DNA of 64,000 nt from an uncultured virus (IMG/VR IMGVR_UViG_3300007597_000002) (taxonomy: Duplodnaviria; Heunggongvirae; Uroviricota; Caudoviricetes), in IMG/VR virus record IMGVR_UViG_3300007597_000002, one strand, 5' to 3'. The notes under the pieces are model-generated. The model was not told the origin of the DNA and did not search any database. It saw only the letters and a program-made list of their open reading frames with translations. Both the position numbers and the translations under genes were made by a program. Shown here one piece after another: positions 27,953 through 38,534 of the stretch. Position 1 is the stretch's first letter. Every line of letters begins with the position of its first letter.

Positions 27953-28510
27953 ATGCGTAAAGAACTAGACGAAGCACTGTGTGCAAAGTATCCTCTGATC
28001 TTTAAAGATCGTCATGAGAATATGCAACACACCGCCATGTGTTGGGGTTTCTCGCATGGTGATGGTTGGTATAATATCCTTGATGTTCTTTGCGGGATGT
28101 TGACTGGCGATTATCGTCAAGCGAAAAGTCGCTATGAATCGATTAAAGATAAAGTTGGCCAACCAACATTTGGATTCAGAGATAATGGTGATCCAGTCGG
28201 TAAAATTGTCACTCAAGAACTGATTGATGAAGCCAAAGTAAAACTTGATGAAGAAACTGCAAAGGTTCCAGTGGCTTCTCAAGTAAAAGAAAAGTTCGGA
28301 GGACTTCGTTTCTATGTTAATGGAGCAACTGATAAGCACTGGAATTATATTTCAATTGCTGAGAATTTTAGTTATCGCACATGTGAAGAATGCGGTAGTC
28401 CAGGTAAAACTTATACTGATGGTTGGCATCGTACTCTTTGCGATATCCATGCAGCGATGGCTGGTCGTACTGAAGAATATCAGTCTGATGAAGATGAAGG
28501 AGATGAATAA
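27953..28510 (+). CDS. Hypothetical protein with Zn-ribbon
   Basis: QVKEKFGGLRFY, TCEECG, TLCDIH. Confidence 0.7.
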   Translation: MRKELDEALCAKYPLIFKDRHENMQHTAMCWGFSHGDGWYNILDVLCGMLTGDYRQAKSRYESIKDKVGQPTFGFRDNGDPVGKIVTQELIDEAKVKLDEETAKVPVASQVKEKFGGLRFYVNGATDKHWNYISIAENFSYRTCEECGSPGKTYTDGWHRTLCDIHAAMAGRTEEYQSDEDEGDE

Positions 28511-28878
28511 TGTTTTACGGTAAAGAAACTATTGAACAAAACTTTTCTCTCGTTCTAAACAAATTGGAAGAACAAGAATTGTTTTTGTTCGAACCAATGC
28601 CAAGTTACAAACTGAATGATAGATGGACTGACGAATTTCGTATTCGTGATGGACACACTAAACTTGCTGATGGCACTTGGGTTACTATACATAAAGTAAC
28701 TACTTGGGTTGAGAAACTCAAGAAAGATACTACAGAGTTGTATGAACAAAATCAACAAACTAATCGTGAGTTGACTCTTGCTAAACGCAGGATCTATGAG
28801 ATGGAATATGGATTGCGAGTTGCTGAGAAAGCATTGAAGAATTCACTGGCTTTAACTAAGGAGATGATTGATGAGTAA
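28510..28878 (+). CDS. Hypothetical coiled-coil protein
   Basis: TAATG-coupled ORF. Confidence 0.6.
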   Translation: MFYGKETIEQNFSLVLNKLEEQELFLFEPMPSYKLNDRWTDEFRIRDGHTKLADGTWVTIHKVTTWVEKLKKDTTELYEQNQQTNRELTLAKRRIYEMEYGLRVAEKALKNSLALTKEMIDE

Positions 28879-29182
28879 ATTTGTTTTGGTTGATTGCATT
28901 GCACAGTATCGTATGCGTTACATTATCGAAGTACCAGACAATCATAATGAGCAGGAGTATCCATGTTCGGCAGAGCAGTGGGCACTAGATACAGTAACAT
29001 CTGAAGAAATGCAAGAATTTTCTCAGTTGTATCTTGGCGAAACTATTGTTAGTAGTCGTGAGATTACTAAAGAAGAAATTGTACCATTGTGCGATATTGA
29101 TAATGAGTATTGCAAATCTTGGGATGACGACAAGAAGATTAAAGTATTTGTAACTGAAGTTGGCTACAAAAGGGACTGGTAA
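28871..29182 (+). CDS. Hypothetical protein
   Basis: GGAG RBS; EFSQLYLGETIVS. Confidence 0.65.
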   Translation: MSKFVLVDCIAQYRMRYIIEVPDNHNEQEYPCSAEQWALDTVTSEEMQEFSQLYLGETIVSSREITKEEIVPLCDIDNEYCKSWDDDKKIKVFVTEVGYKRDW

Positions 29183-29748
29183 TGTTTATGTTCGATGTGG
29201 AGACTCTAGGAGTAGAGTCTACCTGTGTAATTCTATCTGCTGCATTGATTCATTTTGATCCAGAGAAACGTCCAACCTACCAAGATCTATTGGACAATGC
29301 ATGCTTTGTTAAGTTAAATGCCAAGGATCAGATTGAACGATTAAAACGATCTGTTGATGTTGGAACACTTGAGTGGTGGAAGAACCAACACGAATATGTT
29401 CATAAAGTTTCGTTTAAACCTTCTGGTGACGATATGCTTGCTGAAGATGCTATCACTACATTGCATAACTATATGAACAAGGTTCCAAATGCTCAGAATC
29501 AAACAATGTGGGCACGTGGTTCTCTTGACCAAATGGCAATTGATTCGCTGTCAACTAGAGTTGACATGCAAGTACTTACAGGATATGCTATGTGGAGAGA
29601 TGTTCGAACAGCAGTAGATATCCTTTATGGAACTACAAATGGTTACTGCGAGATTGATCATCCTTTGTTCAACCGAACTGATGTGATTAAACATCATCCT
29701 GTTCATGACTGCGCATTAGATGCTATGATGTTGATGTATGGTAAATGA
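29182..29748 (+). CDS. dexA: DEDDh 3'-5' exonuclease (DexA-like)
   Basis: FDVETLG, WARG..D, WRDVRT, HHPVHDCALD. Confidence 0.85.
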   Translation: MFMFDVETLGVESTCVILSAALIHFDPEKRPTYQDLLDNACFVKLNAKDQIERLKRSVDVGTLEWWKNQHEYVHKVSFKPSGDDMLAEDAITTLHNYMNKVPNAQNQTMWARGSLDQMAIDSLSTRVDMQVLTGYAMWRDVRTAVDILYGTTNGYCEIDHPLFNRTDVIKHHPVHDCALDAMMLMYGK

Positions 29749-30037
29749 TATAGTATTCCAAACATATGATTATATCATTGGTGGAAAGATGGTGGTTGGT
29801 CGTGCCAGAATGTCTTACGAATGGAAGACTCTATTGGAAGATGGAGATCCAGACGCCAGAGACAAGCTGAAGTCTGAGTTAATCCATCAGATGGCAGAGT
29901 TTATGCTTGAGAATAATTTGGTAGAATTTACTTATTATGATAATCCAATAGACCTATCAAGACAAGTCGCAGTTAGAGCATACCTCGCCCCAAGTGATCA
30001 AGTTAAAATTTTAAGAATGGCAAATAAAATATTATGA
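29738..30037 (+). CDS. Hypothetical protein
   Basis: 99-aa ORF within the operon. Confidence 0.55.
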   Translation: MVNDIVFQTYDYIIGGKMVVGRARMSYEWKTLLEDGDPDARDKLKSELIHQMAEFMLENNLVEFTYYDNPIDLSRQVAVRAYLAPSDQVKILRMANKIL

Positions 30038-30258
30038 CACAAGAAATAACTTTACATCGTGATGCTTTAGAAAAGATTCTCAAACTCGTAGATGAACTTA
30101 ACCCAAATGCAAGCCTTAGAGTTAGTGCTGGTTATGTAACAATCTATTCTGATCAATCCTCTGGTATTGGTCAACTTATTGATGCTGAAGTAGACGTTGA
30201 ACTCAATGGTCTTTACGGTAAGTTTAAACAACGAATTGTAGATGAGGGTAGCTGGTAA
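30034..30258 (+). CDS. Hypothetical protein
   Basis: 74-aa ORF coupled to gp43. Confidence 0.55.
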   Translation: MTQEITLHRDALEKILKLVDELNPNASLRVSAGYVTIYSDQSSGIGQLIDAEVDVELNGLYGKFKQRIVDEGSW

Positions 30259-32741
30259 TGGAATTTTATACATCGGTTCATCCGATTGGAGACAAGATCT
30301 ATATTCGAGGTTATGAAAAGGGGAAACCTTACAAACGTAAACTAGATTTCCAACCAACATTTTATGTAACATCAAACAAACCCTCCAAGTGGAAAACACT
30401 GGAGGGAATTTTCGTTGATGAAATTAAACCTGGATCCATTCGAGATGCTCGAGACTTCGTCAAACGATATGATGAGGTAGAAGGCTTTGCTGTTTATGGT
30501 AATACCAACTATGCATATCAGTATATCAGTGACAACTATGACACTGTTAACTGGGACATGGAACAGATCAAAGTATTTACAATTGACATTGAAACTTCTA
30601 CAGAGAATGGTTTCCCAGATGTTCGTCTTGCCAATGAAGAAGTTCTTCTAATCACCATCAAAGATCTACAGTCAAAGCGCATTATCACTTTTGGTTCTAA
30701 ACCATTCGTGCATAATCGTGACGATGTAGTCTATATCACTTGTCGTGATGAACAACATTTGCTAAAAGAGTTTATGCTTTTCTGGCAAGACAATTATCCA
30801 GATGTTGTCACTGGTTGGAATACCGACTTCTTCGATATGCCATATCTTATTCGTAGGATTGATCGTGAACTTGGTGCAGATGTTTCTAAGAAAATTTCTC
30901 CATGGGGCATGATCAATGAGAGAAAGACATTCATTAAAGGTAATGAAGAACTTCATTACGATATCATTGGCATCTCTCAGCTAGATTATCTTGAACTCTA
31001 CAAGAAGTATACCTATTCAAAACAGGAATCATATCGCCTCGACTATATCGCTGAGCAAGAACTTGCTGACAAAAAGAAACCGAATCCTGGAGTTGACTTC
31101 AAAGATTTCTATACTAACTATTGGCAAGCATTTGTTGAGTATAACATCCATGACGTAGAGTTGGTTGACAAACTCGAAGACAAGATGCGACTTTTAGAGT
31201 TGCACCTGACCATGGCGTATGCTGCAAAGATTAATCCAGAAGATGTTTACTCACAGGTTCGTATGTGGGATACTATCATCTATAATCATTTACGTGCTCG
31301 TCATATTGTCATTCCTGCTAAAACACACTCTGGTAAAGATGCACAATTTGAAGGTGCGTATGTTAAAGATCCACTTGTTGGTATGCATAAGTGGGTGGCT
31401 TCCTTTGACTTGAACTCATTGTATCCGCATTTGATCATGCAATACAACATCAGCCCAGAGACTTTAACGTCTGAGAAGATGCCAGTCAATGTAGAGAAGT
31501 TGCTTAACAAAGAGATTGATCTTTCGTATGCAAAGCAACGAGATCTTTGTGTCACTGCGAATGGATGGACTTACACTAAAGAAGTCAAAGGGTTCATGCC
31601 TGAGTTGATGGAGAAGATGTATACTGACCGAAGCAAGTTTAAGAAACAGATGCTAAAGGTTCAACAGGAATACGAGAAAGACAAAACAAAGAAACATTTG
31701 TTGAAGGATATCTCTCGCTTAAACAATCTGCAGATGGCGATGAAGATTGCATTGAACTCTGCTTATGGTGCCATGGGTAATCAGTACTTCCGCTATTTCG
31801 ATATTCGTATGGCTGAAGGAATTACTACTTCTGGTCAGTTGTCTATTCGTTGGATGGCTAATAAGTTGAATGCATTCCTTAACAAGACTTTAAAGACCGA
31901 AGGTAAAGATTTTGTTATTGCGATTGACACTGACTCGATCTATCTAACTCTTGAAGAACTTGTTGAACGAACCTGTGAAGGTAAGACAACAGAACAAAAG
32001 ATCAAGTTTATGGATAAGATCTGCGAAGATGTTTTCCAACCATTCATTGATTCAGGTTACCAAGAGTTGGCTGATTATATGAATGCATATAGTCAAAAGA
32101 TGCAGATGAAGCGAGAGGTTCTTGCTGACAAGGCAATCTGGACTGCCAAGAAACGCTATGTTATTAATGTTCATAATTCAGAAGGTGTACAGTATGAGAA
32201 GCCTAAGATCAAAGTTATGGGTTTGGAAATGGTCAAGTCGAGTACACCTGCTGTTATTCGTGACAAACTCAAAGATTCGTTACAAGTTATTCTCTCGGGA
32301 GATGAAAAGAAACTACACACGTATGTCACAGAGTTTAAAAAAGAGTTTGTCAAATTACCGATCGAAGACATAGCATTCCCACGTGGTGTTAATGGTATGA
32401 AGCAGTATGCAGGTTCTCCGATTTATACAAAGGGAACTCCAATCCATGTTCGTGGTTCTTTGTTGTATAATCACTATACTAAAAAGATGGGACTAGATAA
32501 AAAGTACCAAGCGATTCGAGATGGTGATAAGATCAAGTTTGTTTATGTTCAAAAACCAAATCCATTACAAGAAGATATCATTGCATTCCCGCAACAACTT
32601 CCAAAGGAACTTGGATTGGAATCATACATAGATTATGACAAACAGTTCGAGAAAGTATTCTTGGACGCACTTCAAATTGTAATCGAACCATTGGGTTGGA
32701 AGACTCAAGAACAAAGTTCATTGGAGAACTTTTTTGGCTGA
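30258..32741 (+). CDS. gp43: Family B DNA polymerase gp43
   Basis: DIET exonuclease I, SFDLNSLYPH, KIALNSAYGAMGN, IDTDS, KKRY. Confidence 0.98.
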   Translation: MEFYTSVHPIGDKIYIRGYEKGKPYKRKLDFQPTFYVTSNKPSKWKTLEGIFVDEIKPGSIRDARDFVKRYDEVEGFAVYGNTNYAYQYISDNYDTVNWDMEQIKVFTIDIETSTENGFPDVRLANEEVLLITIKDLQSKRIITFGSKPFVHNRDDVVYITCRDEQHLLKEFMLFWQDNYPDVVTGWNTDFFDMPYLIRRIDRELGADVSKKISPWGMINERKTFIKGNEELHYDIIGISQLDYLELYKKYTYSKQESYRLDYIAEQELADKKKPNPGVDFKDFYTNYWQAFVEYNIHDVELVDKLEDKMRLLELHLTMAYAAKINPEDVYSQVRMWDTIIYNHLRARHIVIPAKTHSGKDAQFEGAYVKDPLVGMHKWVASFDLNSLYPHLIMQYNISPETLTSEKMPVNVEKLLNKEIDLSYAKQRDLCVTANGWTYTKEVKGFMPELMEKMYTDRSKFKKQMLKVQQEYEKDKTKKHLLKDISRLNNLQMAMKIALNSAYGAMGNQYFRYFDIRMAEGITTSGQLSIRWMANKLNAFLNKTLKTEGKDFVIAIDTDSIYLTLEELVERTCEGKTTEQKIKFMDKICEDVFQPFIDSGYQELADYMNAYSQKMQMKREVLADKAIWTAKKRYVINVHNSEGVQYEKPKIKVMGLEMVKSSTPAVIRDKLKDSLQVILSGDEKKLHTYVTEFKKEFVKLPIEDIAFPRGVNGMKQYAGSPIYTKGTPIHVRGSLLYNHYTKKMGLDKKYQAIRDGDKIKFVYVQKPNPLQEDIIAFPQQLPKELGLESYIDYDKQFEKVFLDALQIVIEPLGWKTQEQSSLENFFG

Positions 32742-33354
32742 ACATTCATACTACCCACTAGTAAACATACAAGACAGACGTGTAGTTCTTTCTGTTGATG
32801 ACTTCTTTGATTTAAAGGAACTTGATTATATTAGAAGTTGCTTAAACACAGAGAAGCCAACTGCTGCTATTGTTGGATATACTGATCCAAAGAATGTAGA
32901 AGACTACGAAAAGATGGTCAAGAAAGCACACGAACGTAGAAAGTCTAATGTATGTTTCTTGGACTTCTTTGAATATGAGTTTTTCTATAAAAAGTTATGT
33001 ACAGCAATTCACCATGTAAACCTTACTAATTTTAACAAAGTTTTATATGGTATAGAAGCATTACAGTTTGCAGAGTATGATTCTTTGTATGAAGGATTTT
33101 ATGGAGTCCATCCAGATGCTGTAAATACAGATAATGCATTAACAAGATCGTTATCATTTTCTATGCAGATGTCTAAACCAGAAGAGTATGAAGGTGGTGA
33201 AGTTCTAGTCTATGATGGTAATACTACATATACAGCAAACAAGAAATATGGATCAATTACATTCTTTGATTCTAGAATGTTACACGAAGTCACTCCTGTC
33301 ACCAGTGGCTTTAGAAGAAGTATAGTTGGATGGATTCTTGGACCAAGAGTATGA
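32734..33354 (+). CDS. 2OG-Fe(II) oxygenase (prolyl-hydroxylase / PKHD-like)
   Basis: HPD, YEGGE, FDSRMLHEVTPVTSGFRRSIVGW. Confidence 0.85.
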   Translation: MAEHSYYPLVNIQDRRVVLSVDDFFDLKELDYIRSCLNTEKPTAAIVGYTDPKNVEDYEKMVKKAHERRKSNVCFLDFFEYEFFYKKLCTAIHHVNLTNFNKVLYGIEALQFAEYDSLYEGFYGVHPDAVNTDNALTRSLSFSMQMSKPEEYEGGEVLVYDGNTTYTANKKYGSITFFDSRMLHEVTPVTSGFRRSIVGWILGPRV

Positions 33355-33899
33355 GCAACATTAGAATAATTAAAACTGGAATCAATGTTTCAAAGATATT
33401 GAAGCAACTTCAACAACATCCAACTGACTGGGATCATCAAAAACGAATTGAGGATATCGGTGACTCAACTCAATCTGGATGGAAATTTGCGCCAGTTGGT
33501 ACACTGCAATTAGTCATGGGAGGTGTTACAAACAAAGACGAATTTGTTGGTAACACTGAGATATGTATATCAACCAGAGCGATTGCTAATCATACAGAAG
33601 TTGTAGGATTCATGAGAAGAAATTTTAAGAAATTTAGTCGTTGTGGATTCCTAGCATTGCCAGTTGGTGAACGTGTAGAAAAACATATTGATCATGGGAC
33701 TTATTATCTTACAAGAGATCGATACCATCTATCAATCCAAGGTACGTATAGATACTTTTGCGGTGATGAATATGTAGATGTTGAACCTGGAACTTTGCTC
33801 TGGTTCAATAATAAACTTATGCATGGAACTGAAAACACAGGTGACTGTACACGAATTACATTTGTGTTCGATGTACCACACTCTAAGTCTAATCCATAG
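33351..33899 (+). CDS. Aspartyl/asparaginyl beta-hydroxylase-like 2OG oxygenase
   Basis: HIDHG.YY..RDRYHL, WFNNKLMH, RITFVFD. Confidence 0.8.
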   Translation: MSNIRIIKTGINVSKILKQLQQHPTDWDHQKRIEDIGDSTQSGWKFAPVGTLQLVMGGVTNKDEFVGNTEICISTRAIANHTEVVGFMRRNFKKFSRCGFLALPVGERVEKHIDHGTYYLTRDRYHLSIQGTYRYFCGDEYVDVEPGTLLWFNNKLMHGTENTGDCTRITFVFDVPHSKSNP

Positions 33900-33928
33900 T
33901 TGTCTTGTAATTATACATAGAGTATAAT
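33900..33928 (+). promoter_or_regulatory. Sigma70-type promoter
   Basis: TTGTCT-17bp-TATAAT. Confidence 0.8.
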
Positions 33929-33946
33929 ATAATTTTAGGAGAATAA

Positions 33947-34213
33947 ATGATAGTTAAGCCATTGAAGAAAAAAGTTCTTGTTGCAGAGAATAAAGTAGAT
34001 CAAACCACTGAAGCAGGAATCATCTTAGATGGTACTACATCTGCACGAGATTCCAAACAGGGAACAGTCCTTGCAATTGGACCAGATGTAACCATGGTAG
34101 AAGTTGGAGATAAAGTTTACATCGAATGGAATAAAGCCCAAGTCGTTAAAATTGGTGACGCACAGCGAGTCATTATCGATGAGGAAAACATTGTTGCTGT
34201 TGTGGAGAAATAA
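33947..34213 (+). CDS. groES: GroES-like co-chaperonin (gp31 analogue)
   Basis: KPLKKKVLV, TEAGIIL, GTVLAIGP, VEVGDKV. Confidence 0.88.
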   Translation: MIVKPLKKKVLVAENKVDQTTEAGIILDGTTSARDSKQGTVLAIGPDVTMVEVGDKVYIEWNKAQVVKIGDAQRVIIDEENIVAVVEK

Positions 34214-34465
34214 ATGAAGGTTCTTAAATTTTATGCTGAATGGTGTGGTCCATGCAAAGGATTGACAATGGTGATCAAAGGTGCTGGTGATAAAGTTACA
34301 GTTCCAGTTGAAGACGTAAACATTGATGAAAATCTTATGATGGCGCAAGACTTTAATATTCGATCTGTTCCAACTATGGTTCTAGTAGACAAAGAAGAAA
34401 AGGAATTAAAGCGTGTTGTTGGATCATTGTCTGAAACACAGTTGTTAGAATTTCTAAAGGTATAA
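34214..34465 (+). CDS. trxA: Thioredoxin
   Basis: FYAEWCGPCK, IRSVPT. Confidence 0.92.
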   Translation: MKVLKFYAEWCGPCKGLTMVIKGAGDKVTVPVEDVNIDENLMMAQDFNIRSVPTMVLVDKEEKELKRVVGSLSETQLLEFLKV

Positions 34466-34466
34466 T

Positions 34467-35540
34467 ATGGCAAGCATCTTAGACAAAATTAAAAAGAATT
34501 CCACAATCAAAGACTCTGCGATTCTTTCTGAATCAAAGTTCTTTAAGAAGAAGGATATGATTCCTACTTCTGTTCCAATTATCAACGTAGCCTTATCAGG
34601 TCGCCTTGATGGTGGACTCACTCCAGGTATTACAATGTGGGCTGGTCCATCGAAACACTTTAAAACTGCTTTCAGTTTACTGATGGCAAAATCTTATCTT
34701 GACAAATATCCAGATGCTGCTTTACTTTTTTACGATTCTGAGTTCGGTACTCCTCAGTCTTACTTTGATACTTTCGGAATCGACACGTCACGTGTTGTGC
34801 ACACTCCCCTTACCGATGTAGAACAATTGAAGTTTGACATCATGCAACAACTATCTGAAGTTGAGCGTGGTGAGCATTTGATTATTGTAATTGACTCAAT
34901 TGGTAATCTTGCTTCTAAGAAAGAAGTTGAAGATGCTATGGAAGGTAAGTCTGTTGGTGATATGACTAGAGCAAAACAACTAAAGAGTTTGTTCCGTATG
35001 GTTACACCACATCTGAACTTAAAAGACATTCCACTGGTTGTTGTTAATCACACCTACATGGAAATTGGTATGTTCCCTAAAGCAATCGTTGGTGGTGGTA
35101 CTGGTGCAATGTATTCCGCAGATAACGTATACATTCTTGGTCGTCAGCAAGAGAAAGAAGGCACAGAGATTGTAGGTTACAACTTTATCATCAACGTGGA
35201 GAAAAGTCGTTATGTCAAAGAAAAATCCAAAATCCCTGTTAGTGTATCTTTTGATGGTGGTCTATCTAAGTGGTCTGGTCTACTTGACGTGGCGCTTGAG
35301 TCAGGACATGTCATCAAGCCATCGAATGGTTGGTATCAAAAGGTAAACAAAGAAACTGGTGAGATCGATGACAAGAAATATCGCATCAAAGATACAGACT
35401 CAAAAGAGTTCTGGTTGCCAATTCTTACAAGTAAGTCGTTCTATGATTTTATCAAGAACAAATATTCAATCGGTCAGGGCGAAGTAATGATGCGTGATGA
35501 ATTAGATACTGCACTAGAAGCATTAGAGTTCGATGAATAA
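34467..35540 (+). CDS. uvsX: RecA-like recombinase UvsX
   Basis: AGPSKHFKT, YDSEFG, IDSIGNLASKKE, VNHTY, GGGTG. Confidence 0.96.
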   Translation: MASILDKIKKNSTIKDSAILSESKFFKKKDMIPTSVPIINVALSGRLDGGLTPGITMWAGPSKHFKTAFSLLMAKSYLDKYPDAALLFYDSEFGTPQSYFDTFGIDTSRVVHTPLTDVEQLKFDIMQQLSEVERGEHLIIVIDSIGNLASKKEVEDAMEGKSVGDMTRAKQLKSLFRMVTPHLNLKDIPLVVVNHTYMEIGMFPKAIVGGGTGAMYSADNVYILGRQQEKEGTEIVGYNFIINVEKSRYVKEKSKIPVSVSFDGGLSKWSGLLDVALESGHVIKPSNGWYQKVNKETGEIDDKKYRIKDTDSKEFWLPILTSKSFYDFIKNKYSIGQGEVMMRDELDTALEALEFDE

Positions 35541-35868
35541 ACATCTTGCAGAACCGCCAGTTACAGTAGTCGAGAATAGGAAGACTGGTCTCGACGCATT
35601 ACGTTTGACTGATGGACCATACAAAGGTATAATCTATACCTATGGAAAAGTTTCTTTTGATGAAGAAGGAACCGAGAAGGTTCATATGAAATTTGAATAT
35701 GACATCCTAGAAGATTCAGGTGTTAGTTATGATGACGATGAATTTGAAATATACATTGGTCACATTCTCCAACACTTGATCACTAAGCAACTCCAAGAAA
35801 ATAGCATTACATACACTGGTGGAATTGATGAGAATAGAACAGAAGATCCTGAGCAGTCTGATACATGA
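35533..35868 (+). CDS. gp40-like protein / hypothetical
   Basis: Lies between uvsX and gp41; GPYKGIIYTYGKV. Confidence 0.55.
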   Translation: MNKHLAEPPVTVVENRKTGLDALRLTDGPYKGIIYTYGKVSFDEEGTEKVHMKFEYDILEDSGVSYDDDEFEIYIGHILQHLITKQLQENSITYTGGIDENRTEDPEQSDT

Positions 35869-37222
35869 TGAAAAGTATTGTCGTAAAGTTATCCCATTTA
35901 TTAAAAAAGATTATTTCTCTGAACGAAACGAAGCTGTCCTTGCAACTGAAGTAATTAAATTCTTCACAACATATAACAAGCCAGCAACTAAAGAGATTTT
36001 ATCAATTGAAGTAGGTAACAGGAAAGACTTAAACGATAAAGAACTGTCAGACATTAATGAATACATAAAAAACATCAGCAATGAACCAGTCAATGAAGAC
36101 TGGTTGATGGAAAACACCGAGAAATTTTGTAAAGACAGGGCTGTATATAATGCAATTCTTAAATCAATCCAAATTATTGATGGTCGGGATAAAACCCATA
36201 CAAGTGATGCTCTTCCCTCTATTCTTAGTGATGCTCTTGCTGTGTCTTTCGATAACCATGTTGGTCATGATTACATCGATGACCATACAAGTCGTTATGA
36301 ATTCTATCACAGGGTTGAAGAAAAAGTTCCTTTCGATTTGGATATTTTTAACAAAATCACCAAAGGTGGATTGAGTAAGAAAACTTTAAACATTGTATTG
36401 GCTGGTACTGGTGTTGGTAAGTCTCTGTTCATGTGTCACATGGCTGCAGGAGTATTGACTCAGGGTAGGAATGTTCTTTACATTACTATGGAGATGGCTG
36501 AAGAAAGAATCGCAGAACGTATCGATGCAAACTTACTGAACCTTACTATGGATGAGTTGAAAGTTATCGATAAAGATATTTACGAGAATCGTATTGATAA
36601 GATTGCTAAAAAGACTAAAGGTAAGTTGATCATTAAAGAATATCCAACTGCTGGCGCACACTCTGGTCACTTCAGAGCATTGTTGGAAGAATTAAAGTTG
36701 AAGAGAGAATATGCGCCAGACATCATATTCATTGACTATTTGAACATTTGTGCGTCTCAACGCATGAAGCAAGGTGGAAGTGTTAACTCTTATACATATA
36801 TTAAGAGTATTGCAGAAGAGTTAAGGGGTCTTGCAGTTGAGTATAATGTTCCGATTGTATCGGCTACACAAACTACTCGATCTGGATTCACAAACTCTGA
36901 TCCAGGACTCGAAGATACTTCAGAGTCATTCGGCTTACCAGCAACTGCTGACTTTATGGTTGCATTGATTAGCAATGAAGAATTAGAACAGTTGAATCAA
37001 ATAATTGTCAAGCAATTAAAAAACAGGTATAATGATCCTAGTTACTTTAAAAGATTCGTAGTTGGGATTGATAGATCTAAAATGAGGTTGTATGATGTCG
37101 AAGCCTCTGCACAAATTGGATTGTCTGACTCTGGTCAAGAAGATGATGGTCCAGTTTTTGACAAAGGTACATTTGGTAAGAGAATGAATACTGAAGAAAA
37201 ATTTAGCGGATTTAAGTTTTAG
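35828..37222 (+). CDS. gp41: Replicative helicase gp41
   Basis: AGTGVGKSL, YITMEMAEE, IDYLNIC, SATQTTR, SESFGLPATAD, KQLKNRY. Confidence 0.97.
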   Translation: MRIEQKILSSLIHDEKYCRKVIPFIKKDYFSERNEAVLATEVIKFFTTYNKPATKEILSIEVGNRKDLNDKELSDINEYIKNISNEPVNEDWLMENTEKFCKDRAVYNAILKSIQIIDGRDKTHTSDALPSILSDALAVSFDNHVGHDYIDDHTSRYEFYHRVEEKVPFDLDIFNKITKGGLSKKTLNIVLAGTGVGKSLFMCHMAAGVLTQGRNVLYITMEMAEERIAERIDANLLNLTMDELKVIDKDIYENRIDKIAKKTKGKLIIKEYPTAGAHSGHFRALLEELKLKREYAPDIIFIDYLNICASQRMKQGGSVNSYTYIKSIAEELRGLAVEYNVPIVSATQTTRSGFTNSDPGLEDTSESFGLPATADFMVALISNEELEQLNQIIVKQLKNRYNDPSYFKRFVVGIDRSKMRLYDVEASAQIGLSDSGQEDDGPVFDKGTFGKRMNTEEKFSGFKF

Positions 37223-37230
37223 GAGAGAAT

Positions 37231-38532
37231 ATGGTAAAAGTTATCGTAGCAAAAGAAAAGTTTGATTGTTCAAAGTTAGAAGGAACATTCGTAGACGAAT
37301 CTCATTATGATCATCTCATCGAAGAAGATACTGATGTTTACATGCCATCATCAATTGATGGTGGAGATCCTTACAGTGAGAAGCGTATTGTTCTAAAGTT
37401 TCGTAAGAACTACTTCACACAAGAGCAACAAGATCAAGCATATCTTGGTCTGAAAGATGCAGCAACTGAAACTCAGAACAGAGGTAAAGCAGCTGGACCA
37501 CGTGGCGACAAATTGGGTAATCGTGAGTGGGTTACTGAGTATGAATATGCCATCTTAGAATACTTTGAAGAAGCAAAGGCTATGCTTGGTGAAGATCCAG
37601 TTGAACAGATTCGTCAGAAATATAAAAACGCTGTTCAGAAACCATCCACACGAAATAATGTTTGGGGTATCCAAGCAGTTAAGAAAGATGGTTTTGATTT
37701 CGAGAAGTGGGTTGAAGCGACAAGCAAACTATCAGATACAGAACAACATTACGAATCCCTGCGCATTCAAAAGAAATATGTTTGTCCAACAACTTATGCT
37801 AATGGAGTTCTTTCTGGCATTGCTGGTTGGTTCGATCGTTACCCACGTATCCCTTATGGTCGTGCTACTTCTTATACTGCAAATAACTTTGAAAAGTTTA
37901 AGATGTCATATCCATTCCTTCAGCAACTATCTAAAGGATTTAAGGAATATCTTCCAGAGCGTTTTGCAGCGCAGATGTCTGCAGCAAACAAACTTGATTC
38001 AGCATTCTTAGTTCCTGAAACTCCATTCACAACTATCACTGTTAACAATACATTTAGAACTGCTGCTCACTACGATGCAGGTGACTTGAATGAAGGTTTG
38101 TCGAATCTATTGACATTGTCTAATGATGGTAAGTATACTGGTGGATATCTGATTGCTCCTGAGTATCGTGTTGCAGTTAATCCACGTCCAGGTGATTTGC
38201 TTCTTATCAACAATCACGAAGTTATGCATGGTAATACTCCGATTGTTTGTCCAGAAGGTTCAGAGCGTATTAGTCTTGTTGTTTACTTCAGAGAAAAGAT
38301 GCTCGAGTTGGGTAGCAAAGCATATGAAGATGCACGCTATGAATATGTAGAGGGACGCAGGTTAAATAAAGAACACCCAGAACATAAAGATCGCCATCTT
38401 TGGAATGGTGTTACTGCAGGTATGTGGGATGAGAAAGAGTGGTATGACTTCTTGAGTGCTAAACAGGGTGGTGAAGATATGCTTGCTAAATATCATCCTA
38501 CAACCAAAGGTGCTCTTGAGGAGTTTTTCTAA
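37231..38532 (+). CDS. TET/JBP-family 2OG-Fe(II) nucleobase dioxygenase
   Basis: PFTTITVNNTFRTAAHYDAGD (HxD), GGYL..PEY, PGDLLL...HGNT, RISLVVYFREKM. Confidence 0.85.
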   Translation: MVKVIVAKEKFDCSKLEGTFVDESHYDHLIEEDTDVYMPSSIDGGDPYSEKRIVLKFRKNYFTQEQQDQAYLGLKDAATETQNRGKAAGPRGDKLGNREWVTEYEYAILEYFEEAKAMLGEDPVEQIRQKYKNAVQKPSTRNNVWGIQAVKKDGFDFEKWVEATSKLSDTEQHYESLRIQKKYVCPTTYANGVLSGIAGWFDRYPRIPYGRATSYTANNFEKFKMSYPFLQQLSKGFKEYLPERFAAQMSAANKLDSAFLVPETPFTTITVNNTFRTAAHYDAGDLNEGLSNLLTLSNDGKYTGGYLIAPEYRVAVNPRPGDLLLINNHEVMHGNTPIVCPEGSERISLVVYFREKMLELGSKAYEDARYEYVEGRRLNKEHPEHKDRHLWNGVTAGMWDEKEWYDFLSAKQGGEDMLAKYHPTTKGALEEFF

Positions 38533-38534
38533 TA

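Noticed and set aside
30258..32741. Introns or inteins in gp43 (also checked gp41, nrdA, nrdB, uvsW, thyX)
   Set aside because: ORFs are continuous and of normal length with no intein motifs
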